Shown one piece after another: positions 46,244-60,804 of a stretch of DNA of 64,000 bases. The stretch comes from the human T2T-CHM13v2.0 reference genome, Homo sapiens. The notes beneath the pieces are model-generated. The model made no database searches and was not told the DNA's origin. It saw nothing but the letters and a program-made list of their open reading frames with translations. The stretch is from NCBI RefSeq assembly GCF_009914755.1, contig NC_060929.1; one strand, given 5' to 3'. Both the position numbers and the translations under genes were made by a program. Numbering within the stretch: the stretch's first letter is position 1; the number at the start of each line of letters is the position of its first letter.

Positions 46244-47498
46244 GAGTTTCTTAGGTATGTCAGAGGCATTGAAACCAGAGAGACTTTGTCTTGAATGAGG
46301 GCTGGGAAAAAGCCATCATTCAATGCAGGCCTAGGCTGCATTCCCAGGAGGTTAGGCATTCCTAGCCTCTAGATGTTTATGGTTAAGGAAACAGATTAAT
46401 AATGTTTACTAAACAGACCCAGGCCCAGCAATGTCCTGATATCCCCATATCTTGAGAACAAAAGCATTCCTGATTTTGCTTTAAAGATAATATCGATTCT
46501 TGTAAAATATAATAATTAAGAAAATTAATCCTTTATCACAAACCCTGTAGTAGAGCATATATCCCTGTGATTTTGTTTTTGTTATCCTATACATAAACAA
46601 GTATTGTACTTAGGGTGGGTGCATTCCTCCTCCTCCTTTTGGGAATGCCCTGCTCTGTCTATGGAGTAGCTATTCTTTCACTCCTTTTTAAATAAACTTA
46701 CTTTCACTTTGCACTGTGGACGCACCCTAAATTATTTCTTGTGCAAGATCCAAGAACCCTCTCTTGGGGTCTGGATCGGGACCCCTTTCCAGTAACGTCT
46801 TTCTGGTGAACCACAAAGGGATTATACTGAAGAGACCCCTGACCCAAAGGAAAATCATCTGTGCACTCCACCAGGTGGCCGACTTTGGGTAAGTGGAGTG
46901 CATTTACCTAGGTAGAGGATGGGATTAGGTTAGAGGCCCAATTTAACTCTCTCCTAAGACAGGGAAGGTTAAAGGCCCCTCTTAATAAAAGTCAAAGACA
47001 CTTGACCGAACTTGGGTTCAGGCCCAACTTAGGAAGGTTGGAGTCCCTCCCAAGGTTTAGGGGGTTGAGGCCCCATTCAGTAAAATCCCTCTTGGCTAAA
47101 AATGGGTTTGGCACCGTGGGATGTTAACTGCTATGTTCTTTGTATTAATCTGCCTTGTCCTCTTTGCTGCACGAATCAATTTCTTGGTTGCTGTCTCGGT
47201 TTCACTGTCATTTTCAGGAAACTTCATTTAATTGGTCTTAGGGATTTGAACTTTCTCTTCCCCTGTGTACCTCCTGATTTCTGTCCACTTGCTTTTGAAA
47301 CATTGGGAACAAAATGCATTGCAGGATTTGGTTTTATTATATTTGGCTTATTTTAAAACTCTAGCTGCTAAGGTCCCATCTCTAAAACTGCTGATTGAGA
47401 TTTGGTATTTAACAGGTATGAGCAGTAAGATTAGATAGATGTGGTTATGTTTTGCTGCAGCTATGCCCACTAGGTGTAATAAAGAAGCACTAGGATGG

Positions 47499-47870
47499 TG
47501 ATATGGTTTGGCTGTGTCCCCACCCAGATCTCATCTTGAATTGTAGTTCTCATATTTCCCACATGTCATGGGAGGGAATGGGTGGGAGGTAATTTAATCA
47601 TGGGGGCAGTTACATTCATGCTGTTCTTATGATAGTGAGTTCTCACCAGATCTGATGGTTTTATAAGGGGCTTTCCCCACTTTTGGTCGGGACTTCTCCT
47701 TGCTGCCACCATGTGAAGAAGGATGTGTTTGCTTCCCCTTCTGCCATGATTGTAAGTTTCCTGAGGCCTCCTCAGCCCTGATGAACTGTGAATCAATTAA
47801 GCCTCTTTCCTTTATAAATTACCCAGTCACCGGGATGTCTTTATTAGCAGCATGAGAACAGACTAAAACA
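47499..47870 (+). mobile_element. THE1 solo LTR in the MER41 leader
   Basis: TGATATGGTTTGGCTGTGTCC start; TSD GAT(G/A)G. Confidence 0.9.
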
Positions 47871-48279
47871 GATAGAAATCAGGGGACTTTTCTCCCTGCT
47901 TTTTTGTTTCATTTGCACACTAAAAGAATTCTTTCCTTTCTTGGATTCAGGTAAATTGGCTTTGCTTGTCCAATCCATGCTACCATTGTTGCCCAGAACA
48001 TGCTTGCTCTGGTCATCCCCAACTAAATCCTCTTCATTTTGTTTGCCTTATTTGACATTTATTTTGTCAGGTTTCATATTGTGGTTTATTTAAGATGCAT
48101 GGCTTAGCTCATTTATGTTATTTGGCTTGTGTGAATAAGAGAATTCAGTTTTCAGCAGGGATCTCCTCATTAATGCAACTGGCCTTAAAACCTCTCTTAT
48201 CCTTTTCAGTGGAACTTGGCCAGTGGCAAAACAGTCTTGTAGGTTTGGAACTTTTCTTCCAACATCACCTGCCTCCTTC

Positions 48280-49010
48280 ATGGGAACCATGTTGTTGATT
48301 CCAAAGGACTCAATGTTAGAATGTATTCTTGAATGTTGGGACCAGTTTAAATTAAATGGGCTTAAGAAGAGGAAATTGGTGTTTCTATGTAATACTGTTT
48401 GGCCTTGATGTTATTTGGAAAAACAAGAAAAATGGCCACCTACTGGAACTACAGCCTTGAATACTATACTTCAACTCAATTTGTTTTGTAAGAGGGAGGG
48501 AAAATGGGATGAAATGCCACATGTTCAAGCTTTTTTGTTGTTCAGTCAGGAGAAAACCCTGCAGCAGGCATGTGCATGTTTGATGAGAGGAAAGGAAGAA
48601 AAAAACTAGCCACAATAGATGATCCCTTGATGCAAGCCCCCCAAGTTCAGTGGGCATTTTTGGGTGGAGCAGAACCTCCTCTGTCAGCTCTGAGTATTCA
48701 GTGCATTGGCCTCTTCTCCCTTTAGTCCACCTGGAAGTTGTACTGAAGCCCCTTCATCCCCTTCTCCTTACTTGTCTAGTCCTACTTTATACCCACCACC
48801 TCTTGAAGAATCTAGCCTTGCAGGTACTACTTGTAGTCAAGCCTCTTTTTAATCTCCAAAGGGAAATCTTTGTCCACTTAGACAAGTGGAGAACAGAGAA
48901 GAAGGCACTGTAAGAGTACATGTCCCCTTTTCTATGTCTGATGTGGCTCTATGTAAAGAGAAGTTTGGCCATTTTTCTGAAAAATTGAGGAAAATCCATA
49001 GATGAGTCTG
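48280..49010 (+). pseudogene. Decayed gag (MA and start of CA)
   Basis: MGTMLLIPKDSMLECILECWDQFKLNGLKKRKLVFLCNTVWP resembles class I (HERV9/W-like) matrix; stops and frameshifts. Confidence 0.8.
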
Positions 49011-49094
49011 AGTCTTTATGTAACTCTTAAGTATGCTAGACTTTTAATCCAGCTGCCTATCTGCCTGAACCCACAGGCACCCTATATCATTATT

Positions 49095-49393
<299 letters not shown>

Positions 49394-49399
49394 ACAATC

Positions 49400-51020
49400 A
49401 TTCTTGTATACAAGTTACGGAGCAAATTTATTCCAGCTGGTCAAATTGAACGGCTAAGCCTCTAGATAATCCTGAAGTAGAATGGCTTATAGATGGAAGT
49501 AGGTTTGTGCACCAGGGAAACAGAAAAGCTGGGTATGCCGTTGTCAGTCAACATGAGGTAATTGAATAGAAGCCTTACCAGCTTCTACTTTGGCTCAAAA
49601 AGCAGAATTAGTAGCTCTTATTAGAGCCCTGCAATTGGAAAAAGACTTAAGAATCAACATTTACACTTCCTGGTACTTCATGCTCATGCTGCTATCTGGG
49701 AGGAACTGCTAAGGGCTCCCCTGTGCAACATCATTTGGAAAATTTAAATCTATTAGATGTTGTTTTGCTGCCCAAGAAGTGGGTGTAATCTGTTTCAGAA
49801 TGCATCAAAAACGAGACTGTAGTGTGACAAAGGGAAACTCCTCTGCAGATGCTGCAGCTAAGGCCGCTGCATTAATGGAGCCAGCTGGACTTGTAGGCAT
49901 ATTAGTGCCCACCACCCCAGTAATGAGAGAACCGAGATGTACTGAGAGAAATAAGAATGGGCTAAAGGTCAGGGTTTAATTCAAGATCCTTCTGGATGGG
50001 TAATCAGTGAAAACAACTGTTGATACTGGGTGCTAATCAGTGGGAAATAGTTAAGCATTTGCATGATTCTACTCATTTGGGAAGAGATTCCCAATTTCAG
50101 TTAATGTCTCGTCTTTTTTTTTAGTAAAAGGCTTATTTAAAACAGTAAAGCAGGTAACTCGGGCCTGTAAACTCTGTGCCCAGAATAATCTGAATAACCA
50201 ATCTTTACCTCCTTCTTCAGTAAGGTCTGTTCAGCTTAGGGGAACATACCCCAGTGAAGATTGGCAAGTAGACTATACTCAGATTACCCCAGGTAAAGGG
50301 TTTAATATTTAGTTATTCATCGACACCTTTACCAGTAGGATTGAGGCTTTCCCTACCCGGTCTGAAAAGACAATTGAGGTTTCTAAACTGCTATGAAGGA
50401 AACAATTCCTAGATTTGGCTTGCCTAAGAGATTGCAGAGTGATAATGGCCCATCTTTCATAGTGACAATACTCCAAAACATATCTTCAGGCCTAGGAATT
50501 CAGTACTGCCTTCATTTAGTGTGGAGGCCACAGTTTTCAGGGAAAGTAGAGCCAATCAAACGCTAAAAAGGACACTTGCTAAACTCTAACAGGAAACATC
50601 AGCAACCTGGCTGTCTTTATTGCCTGTAGCCTTGTTACAGATTCCAGTGGCCCCTCATGAGAAATCTGCAGCTCAGTCCTTTTGAAATAATGTATGGAAG
50701 GCCTTTCTTAACTACAGACTTCCTGATAGACATATATACTTTCACGCTACAAAGTTATGTAATCAACTCAGGACAAGTGCAAAAGACACCCCTTGGATAT
50801 GGAAACCAAAGACTCCTTCCCCTACTAAGGAAGAGAATCCTATTATAACCCAGCTGGGAGATTGTGTCCCATTAAAAGCTTGGGAGGAAGGATCCCCAGC
50901 AGATCAACTTTCCCCCAAATGGAAGGGACCCTAGCAAGTTCTTCTTAGTATCCCAACTGCAGTTAAACTTCTAGGAATAAACAACTGGGTCCACTTATCC
51001 GAATTAAACTTGTCTCTTAT
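49400..51020 (+). pseudogene. Decayed pol (RNase H and integrase)
   Basis: WLIDGS...KAGYAVV, HLHDSTHLG..C..C zinc finger, WQVDYT and LQSDNGPSF core motifs, broken by frameshifts. Confidence 0.85.
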
Positions 51021-51134
51021 AACATCCCACAGGCCAACGGAACACAAGAGACTAATACCACTTATTCCTGTGAATCAACCAGTGACCTCTGGCTCCTGTT
51101 CAAAATAAACAAAAGGGATTGGTAACACAAAGAT

Positions 51135-52380
51135 ATGGATTGGCATCCTACTTTTGGGTATAAGATGGAATCACACAGAGAGTAACTTATTTGCTGAGTG
51201 GGCACAGACTTTAATTTCTCTACATAATCGGACAAACTGTTGGGTATGTGGAGAATTGCCACTTTCCTCTACTTCTGGTTTGCCCTTGAATATTCAACTG
51301 GCCAACCTAAGTTTATGGGGACTTTATTATGGTTGGGAAACTGAATATTGTAAACATATTCTCTCTTTTCCCCGGTACCATAGCCACACAGGCCTTAGTC
51401 CTTTCCTCTCCTATGGAGAGAAAAAAAGGCACTTTTTAATGTAATTAGGAAACAGCTAAACTCCACCCCAACTTTAGGTTATACTGTACCTGATGGACTT
51501 AGGCAGATGACAGCTGTTCAAGTACTGGTATCAGGCAAAGGACCTCTTTGTTTTGAGAGGTATAATAATAGTCACCACCACACTGGAACACATGATATAG
51601 GATGGTTGCCGCCTCAACAACATAATCAGACCCTTCTTTATCAGACCACATTTGGTTGGGATGGCAACATAATTCACCAAAAACGGGTGCCTACCCTTCC
51701 CCTTGGGGATGGTTATGGGCTTGCGGAACCCACGGCTGGCCATACTTACCTTATAATTGAACTGGACAGTGTATGTGGGGTCATCCTTATCTCCCAGGAC
51801 ACATCCTCACCAAATTGGACTCTCTCTCATCTAACTGGGAAATTGTAAAGGCTCGGCATACGTGACAAAAATGGGCATTTTTGTGGTTCTACCTGTTGGC
51901 TATATTTTCCCCACAGGTGCCACGATGGATATTGAGCTGCGAGTTGAAGCCCTAGCCAAGCACACGGCTGCAACTTTCAATAATACTTACCATGCCTTAC
52001 CTTCCTAACTTAGGAAACTTCTCAGATTAGGCAGGTGACCTTACAAAATTGTATGGCTGTGGAATTTTAACAGCAGCCTAAGGGGAAACTTGTGCTTTGA
52101 TAAAAACCGAATGTTGTGTGTGTATTCTGGATGGTTTACATAATATTACCCAGCCTATGAAAGCTTTAGACACTCATATCTCTGTCATTGATGCGCTGTC
52201 AGTCGACCCTGTATCAACTTGGTTCCAAAAACTGGCTAGTTCTTGGCAAGCCTTCCTGTTTAGTTTACTTGGGATGATTTCATTTATTTTGCCTTGCTGT
52301 TGTGAATACATTGCTGTTGTACTTTTTGTGTAGGAATGCAAGATAAGCTTACTCAACGCTTTTTTAAATTGAACACTTGT
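51135..52380 (+). pseudogene. Decayed gamma-type env
   Basis: SU NCWVCGELP (CXXC); TM LQNCM immunosuppressive-like motif and CALIKTECC (CX6CC); hydrophobic anchor; many disruptions. Confidence 0.85.
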
Positions 52381-55300
52381 TAATCTTCCAGATATCCCTT
52401 TTGCTGGGACTCAGAGTTACAAATGACCCTCACCATACTGACGCTTTCTGACTGAGCTTCTCTCTACCCTGAATATAAGAGACCCTAACAGGTAGGTAGG
52501 AATATCATTGCCCCTGTTCAGCATGAAGTTACAGAAGAGGGATCTTCATTCTTCTGCAACCCTTAGGATTACGGTTCCTCTTGTAAAAGGGATGGGGAAA
52601 ATATGTCAGAAGCATTCGAACCAGAGTGACTCCATCTTGAATGTGACTCCATCTAGAAGAATAAGGCTGGGACTTGCTGGGCTGGATTCCCAGGAGGTTA
52701 GGTATTCCTAGCCTGTAGATGTTTCTGGTTAAGGGAACAGATTAAAAATGTTTACTAAACAGACCCAGGCCCAGGAATGACCGATATCCTGACATCCTGA
52801 GAACAAAGACATTCCTAATTTTGCTTTAAACAGAATAATATCAATTCTTGCAAAATATAGTAATTGAGAAAATTAGTCCTTTATCACAAGCCCTTGTAGT
52901 AGAGCACATCTCCCTGTGATTTTTTGTTGTTGTTGTTGTTGTTGTTATCCTACATATAAACAAGCACTGTACTTAGGGTGGGTGCATTCCTCCTCTTACT
53001 TTTGGGAATGCCCTACTCTGTCTATGGACTATTTCACTCCTTCACTTTCTTAATAAACTTACTTTCACTTTGCACTGTGGACTCGTCTCGAATTTTTTCT
53101 TGCGCAAGATCCAAGAACCCTCTCTTGGGGTCTGGATCAGGACGCCTTTTTGGTTACAGAAACAGATAGACAAAGGAGTGGAAAAACAAAAGGGATAAGC
53201 AGAAAGGAGCAAATTTGAATATATCATTTTATATCTTTTTTTATCAGTCTCTTAGTCCCGAGAATAGATCAGTTCAGTTAAACAGCTATGTCTCATTCCA
53301 GGGGGTGGCATTACAGATGGACTAGGACTCTATATATGAAGCGGCAAACAGATTTTTAATAAAAGGTGTTTCTATGAAAACAGAAGAAAAACAAAGGTTA
53401 ATATCTACTGTAGACTATACACTAGTTTTTTGAGAGTCTCTGTAGTTCTTCAGATTGTAGTGTTAATCTGACAGAGTCTCCTGGTTGTAGTTTAAATCAG
53501 GTGTTGCAGTGAACTTTCTGAGTATTCCATACATCAACAAAGCATAAAAGCTGTTTATATATAAGTTGCTGTAGTGATTTTTCCCATAGTTTATTCAAGT
53601 TGTCTTGCTCCAGTCTGCAGGGCTTCAAGAAAAGCATAGTTTTAACTTCTACTTATTCCAAGTCAGAAACATAGGAGAAAAAAATTTAAATGTTAGCTTG
53701 GAGACTTGTAGCCAGGAAAGAATTCAAGATTTAGTTCAAATGTAGGCAAATAATTACAACTTAAAAACAATGGACAAAGCTAGAATCTAACAACAGGTAT
53801 GCTATCATTTTCTTCTGAAACATAATTCTTCTCTCTCCAGTCCCCCTTTTCTATTAAAGGCAAATCATAACAGGACCAATTTATTTGCAAAATAAGTTTT
53901 AGTTTTATTATATTTGGCCTGATTATTTGCATAAAGTACAGCAAAAATAGTGATTGACCACATATAGGCTCTTTTAAAGTTTGGCTTTGTTGGAACTTTT
54001 TCATAAGGAATTTCACATTCAACTTTTAAAAACTCTCAAGGCTAAGAAGCCAAGACAAGGATTCACAATCAGACTGCACTTGTAATTCCTGTATAAATTG
54101 GATACACTCCTCTCTTGTCAAGGTTCCCAAAATATCCTGAGGCTCCTGGGCCTGCCAGAGAGTGACATTCTTTACTACCGCAAGGTCAGGAACCTTGTAA
54201 GGAAACTGTGTAGACAAGGTATCAGGCTAATTTTTCCAACAGGCTTTTTATAGGCTCTATAAAGTCAACTTCAAATCCTCAAAGCAGTCTGGTCATTAAA
54301 AAATTATGCCATTCCAATGAAAGCCTTGGCAAAATAATCAGTGTATCCAACTGTGTTCTGTTACAAAAGAAAACAGATTCCTATCGAATTTGTACAAATA
54401 ACTATATTGCCAAAAGTGAAGAATACTCACAAATACTTTCCAAATTCTGGAGACATCAGGTAGAGAGAAAGGTTAGTGTTTCAATTGTTCTCACAAAAGT
54501 GTAATTTATCTAATTACTGTAAGCTATGTACAGCTCAAAAGAAAAAAACAATTTTCTTGACTCTGGAAAACAAAACATAAAAAGTATCAGCAATGTCTCA
54601 AACCAAAAAAAGGTTATGAAAATATTATTTTGGCATTTTATCAGTTCAGCCCCATGTAATTAACTTATTCTGCTTGATGTTGGATTAGCAATCTTCATTA
54701 ATTTATTAGATTTTAAAAAATTATTTTAGAAGTTTTTAACTAGTCCAACGGTGTGAATTCCAAAGTTATCAGAAAACTGTGTTTAAGTGTGTGTGCTGTC
54801 AGGGCCCTTTCCATGGATTTTTTTTTTTTTTTTTTGAACAAGCAGATTTTAGGCTGTAGCCAATTACAAACCACTTTTGAAAAGAATCCAAGTAAAACAA
54901 TAATCATCTGTGAATGACAAAAGACTTAGAAGAGCCATGATTACTGATGCAATTGACAAAGAAATTTCATTATTTCTGTGGTATACAATAATTTAACAGG
55001 ATAACAATTATTACCAATAACATATAACAAGATCTATCAACATTTTAGCAATATGATACAATTTTGGGATGCATATTAATAACAGATTTATACAAATACA
55101 ACTCAAAGAAAATTAAACAACATTTTTTATTTGATCAGCTTCCTGTATGATTTTAATATACCAAATTAGCCTAATATGTTTCTTTTGGACTTCCAGGGGC
55201 CCTATTTGGACTTCCAAGGGCTTTAATGCCCAAAAGTTAGCTTGAGGTCGAAAACATTTAAGTTAGAATTTTACATTTGATTTTGGAAAGTTTGTCAAAT

Positions 55301-55675
55301 ATCAAAGGTTTAAAACACTTGATCAAAATAAGATTACAGGTCACTGTAAGATAATAGTTATTCATTTAGCCAAACTGATAATTCAAAAATTTCAAAAAGC
55401 AAAAATTTTACTCTTTGACAGAGGGGAGATTCAGTTTTCCAAACAATCAAAAGACATAATAAAAACAGCATTAGGGAAATTCTCTCCTCTTATTACTAAT
55501 ATTTTTTGCAGTTTACTCAAAAGGTAAACAAAAATCTTTTACTATTTCTTATTAATGTATACAAAAATCTTGTTCAAAAGAGAAATCCAAATTCTAACTT
55601 TGTGCCAGTGTATTATAAATGCTAAAGCTAATTTTAATAAAGCCTTATAAACAGATCAATCCAATTGCAATTGTT

Positions 55676-55986
55676 TTCTTTTCCTTTTTTTGTTTTTTTT
55701 TGAGACAGGGTCTCACTTTGTCACCCAGGCTGGAGTGTAGTGGTGCAATCTTGGCTTACTGCAACCTTTGACTCCCGGGCTCAAGCAATTTTCCCATCTC
55801 AGTCCCCCAAGTAGCTGGGACTACAAGTGTGTACCATCATGCCCAGCTAATTCCTTTTGTACTTTGGTAGTGAGAGAGTTTCACTATGTTGCCCAGGATG
55901 GTCTCAAACTCCTGAGCTCAAGTGATCTGCCCATCTCAGCCTCCCAAAGTGCTGGGATTACAAGTGTGAGCTACTGCATCCAGCCT
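55676..55986 (-). mobile_element. AluJ
   Basis: Reverse Alu with J-type positions. Confidence 0.88.
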
Positions 55987-56376
55987 GCAATTGGTTTTGA
56001 CTGCACAAGAAAAAACATAAAAAGGTTCCATGAACCTTTTATAACCTCTTATAATTGTTACGGTTTTATTTCTTTCCTCAATTTTCTATGTCCATTCAGT
56101 TTTAGGTCCTTAAAAAAATAGCAGAGATAGTGTAAACCTGTCTAACAAATAGACCCAGAAAAATATCTAAATTAAATTCAGAAAATGTTTCTATTTTATT
56201 TTACCCCAAATTTTAAACTATCTTCATTTACCACAGATTACTAATGCCCTGTGAACTTGAAAAGCGTTTGGGCTTATTTACTTAATTTATGAGTACTAAT
56301 TTATTTATGTCAAGTTGGTACCATACAGGCAATCTATAAACATAGACACGTATCCATAAAATATAAACACAAATAA

Positions 56377-56688
<312 letters not shown>

Positions 56689-56926
56689 TACATCTTTAAA
56701 ATTTTAGCCACGAGACCAGTAAAACTCCTTAGTTTAAAAGGACAGTTGAATTCAAATGCAGCTTTGTAAATGGAAAGGTTACAGTTTGTCTGTCCTTCAT
56801 GGCTGAAGATCTTACCAAGTTTTAAGAAAAACAGGATAGCAAATTTACATCTCAAAACAGAGAAAATTAAGCATTTTCAAGAAGAAGTTAGGGTATGTTA
56901 GAGAAAGATTAAAAATGGACAACAAG

Positions 56927-57674
56927 TGATATAGTTTGAGTATTTGTCCTCTTCAAATCTCATGTTGAAATGTTATCCCCAGTGTTGGAGGTTGGGTCAA
57001 GTAGGAGGTTTTTGGGTCATGGTGGCAGGTCCCTCATGAATGGCTGGGTTCTGTCCTTGTGGTAATGAGTGAGTTCTTATTCCATTAGCTCATGTGAGAG
57101 CTGGTTTTAAAAAGAGTCTAGTGTCTTTCTCACCTTTCTCTTGCTCCCTTTTTGGCCATGTGATATGCCTGCTCCTCCTCTTCGCCTTCCACCATGATTG
57201 TAAGCTTCTTTTTCTTTTCTTTCTTTCTTTCTTTTTTTTTTGAGATAGAGTATCACTCTGTTGCCCAGGCTGGAGTACAGTGGTGTGATCTCAGCTCACA
57301 GCAACCTCTGCCTCCCAAGTTCCAAGTGATCCTCTTGCCTCAGCCTCCTGAGTAGCAGGGATTCCAGACACATGCCACCATGCCCAGCTAATTTTTGTAT
57401 TTTTAGTAGAGATGGGGTTTCACCATGTTGGCCAGCCTGGTCTCGAACTCCTGACCTCAAATGATCCATCTGTCTCCGCCTCCCGAAGTGCTGGCATTAC
57501 AGGCATGAGCCACCGCACGCGGCCAATTGTAAACTTCTTGAGGTTGTCACCAGAAGCAGATGCTGGCATCATGCTTCTTGTACAGCCTGCAGAATAGTGA
57601 GCCAAATAAACTTTTCTTTATAAATCACCAAGCCTCAGGTATTCCTTTATAGCAACACAAAACAGACAAACACA
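56927..57674 (+). mobile_element. MST LTR split by an Alu at 57212-57524 (-)
   Basis: TGATATAGTTTG start; Alu TSD ATTGTAA(G/A)CTTCTT. Confidence 0.87.
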
Positions 57675-57774
57675 CCAATGTGACACAAAATTATAGAAAT
57701 TCACATAGGATGTTACAATGAAAGATACAAATGAGCAGAGAGGAAATTCAGAAGCCTTTTAAAAATAACTAGCT

Positions 57775-58410
57775 AAGCCCGGGCAACATGGTATATAACT
57801 TTGTCTCTACAAAAGCAACAAAATTAGCCAGGCATGGTGGCGTGTGCCTGTAATAGCAGCTACTTGAGAGGCTGAGGTAGGAGGATGAGGACATTGCTTG
57901 AGCCCAGGAAGTTGAGGCTGCAGTGAGCTGTGATTGTGTGACTGCATTCCAGCCTGGACAACAGATTAAGACCCAGTCTGATATGGTTTGGATATTTGTC
58001 CCCACCCAAATCTCATGTTGAAATGTAATAACTGGTGGGAGGTATTTGGATCATGGGGGCAGGTCCCTCATGAATGGCTAGGGCTGTCCCCTTGGTGCCA
58101 AGTGAGTTTTTGCAAGATCTGGTCATTTTAAAGTATGTGGCACCTCCCCCCATACTCTCTTTCTCTTATTCCTGCTTTTGCTGTGAGATGTGCCTCCTCC
58201 CCCTTTTCCTTTCACCATGATTGTAAGCTTCCTAAGGACTCTCCAGAAGCAAATGCTGGCACTATGCCTCTTGTACAGCCTGCAGCACTGTGAACCAACT
58301 AAACCTCTTATAAATTACCCAGTCTCAGGAATTTCTTTATAGTAACTCAAGAATGGCCTAATACACTGTCTCAAAAAACAAAAACAAAAACAAAACGAAA
58401 CAAAAAATAC
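57775..58410 (+). mobile_element. Truncated AluJ split by an MST LTR at 57979-58365
   Basis: Alu resumes as CTGTCTCAAAAAA after the LTR; TSD C(A/T)GTC. Confidence 0.85.
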
Positions 58411-59247
58411 AGAAAACCCTACCAAAAACAAAAACAAACACCTAAATGTCAGAAAGTCATATTTTGGAGACCAATCTAGTCATATAGGTGGCTTCTAATT
58501 TAGTATCTGTATTCTACTTAGACCACTGAGTTCTGGGCAGAGCCCATTAAGGAACAGGGCAAACAAAGCATTTGCAGTTTTTAGGGCCTAATATTTGTAT
58601 ATGTAAAAAGTAGGCACAGCTGGAAGACAGAGCATCTAGATTTTTAAAAATCAAGGATTCTACTTTTACACTGAACCCTGGGTCCCCCACAAAAGAGGGA
58701 AACACCAAAGGACTGGGCTGCACAGTGTTTCCAGAGTACACCTCACTACAAAGATGTCACCCTGAGGCTGGTGGGGGTGTGTGAGGCATTAGTGAGAGTG
58801 ACAGATTGTGTGTCAGGTATTAGTGGGTGGGAGACCCATATCAATCAGCCCATTCTGTGATCAGCCCATCCACCATGGGATAGTTATTCCTTGGTGGTGA
58901 GTATTCCCACAGTCTCCATGTATTCAACTATGCCTTTTTTATAGAATAGAGCAAAGAAACAAGTAGCCTACATACAGTAATAACTATTAATTGCAACCAC
59001 TGTCAGCTACCTCCAAAACTGCAGCCCTCACCAGTGACCCACCAGCCATTGCATACACAAGGTCAAATTCTCTAATAGGTCAAAGTAATTCCTTGAACCC
59101 CCAAAGCCAAAGAGACCAGGTAATGCAATGCAAAGGAGAGTGGAGCTTTAGACCTGATAAGAACTTGCCCATGACTCTTCAGACTCCACAGGAAGACAGA
59201 AGATCATTCCCATAAAGTGGGTGAGTGGTAGCTTTTCTATGTTTCTT

Positions 59248-60804
59248 TTTATTTATTTATTATTTTATTTATTTATTTATTTATTTTTATTGATTATTCT
59301 TGGGTGTTTCTCGCAGAGGGGGATTTGGCAGGGTCATAGGACAATAGTGGAGGGAAGGTCAGCAGATAAACAAGTGAACAAAGGTCTCTGGTTTTCCTAG
59401 GCAGAGGACCCTGCGGCCTTCCGCAGTGTTTGTGTCCCTGGGTACTTGAGATTAGGGAGTGGTGATGACTCTTAACGAGCATGCTGCCTTCAAGCATCTG
59501 TTTAACAAAGCACATCTTGCACCGCCCTTAATCCATTTAACCCTGAGTGGACACAGCACATGATTCAGAGAGCACAGGGTTGGGGGTAAGGTCACAGATC
59601 AACAGGATAAGAATTTTTCTTAGTACAGAACAAAATGAAAAGTCTCCCATGTCTACCTCTTTCTACGCAGACACAGCAACCATCCGATTTCTCAATCTTT
59701 TCCTCACCTTTCCCCCCTTTCTATTCCACAAAACCGCCATTGTCATCATGGCCCGTTCTCAATGAGCTGTTGGGTACACCTCCCAGACGGGGTGGTGGCC
59801 GGGCAGAGGGGCTCCTCACTTCCCAGTAGGGGCGGCTGGGCAGAGGCGCCCCTCACCTCCCGGACGGGGCGGCTGGCCGGGCGGGGGGCTGACCCCCCCA
59901 CCTCCCTCCCGGACGGGGCAGCTGGCCTGGCGGGGGCTGACCCCCACCTCCCTCCCGGACGGGGTGGCTGCTGGGCGGAGACGCTCCTCACTTCCCAGAC
60001 GGGGTGACTGCCGGGCGGAGGGGCTCCTCACTTCTCAGACGGGCGGTTGCCAGGCGGAGGGTCTCCTCACTTCTCAGACGGGGCGGCCGGGCAGAGACGC
60101 TCCTCACCTCCCAGACAGGGTCGCGGCCGGGTAGAGGCGCTCCTCACATCCCAGGCGGGGCGGCGGGGCAGAGGCGCTCCCCACATCTCAGACGATGGGC
60201 GGCCGGGCAGAGACGCTCCTCACTTCCTAGATGGGATGGCGACCGGGAAGAGGCGCTCGTCACTTCCTAGATGGGATGGCGGCCGGGCAGAGATGCTCCT
60301 CACTTTCCAGACTGGGCAGCCAGGCAGAGGGGCTCCTCACGTCCCAGGCGATGGGCGGCCAGGCAGAGACGCTCCTCACTTCCCAGACGGGGTGGCGGCC
60401 GGGCAGAGGCTGCAATCTCGGCACTTTGGGAGGCCAAGGCAGGCGGCTGGGAGGTGGAGGTTGTAGCGAGCCGAGATCACGCCACTGCACTCCAGCCTGG
60501 GCACCATTGAGCACTGAGTGAACCAGACTCCGTCTGCAATCCCGGCACCCCGGGAGGCCGAGGCTGGCGGATCACTCGTGGCTAGGAGCTGGAGACCAGC
60601 CCGGCCAACACAGCGAAACCCCGTCTCCACCAAAAAAATACGAAAACCAGTGAGGCGTGGCGTCGCGCGCCTGCAATTGCAGGCACTGGGCAGGCTGAGG
60701 CAGGAGAATCAGGCAGGGAGGTTGCAGTGAGCCGAGATGGCAGCAGTACAGTCCAGCTTCGGCTCGGGAGAGGGGGAGGGGGAGGGGGAGGGGGAGGGAG
60801 AGGG
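59248..60804 (-). mobile_element. SVA retrotransposon
   Basis: Hexamer, Alu-like, VNTR, SINE-R and (TAAA)n tail; 15-bp TSD TTTTCTATGTTTCTT at 59233-59247 and 60805-60819. Confidence 0.97.

Noticed and set aside
46258-46797. MER41 LTR as an interferon-inducible STAT1 enhancer
   Set aside because: I saw no intact TTCNNNGAA GAS motif in either LTR; the closest is TTTTGGGAA
51154-51848. env ORF fragments as a domesticated syncytin-like gene
   Set aside because: Multiple stops and frameshifts; no continuous SU-TM frame
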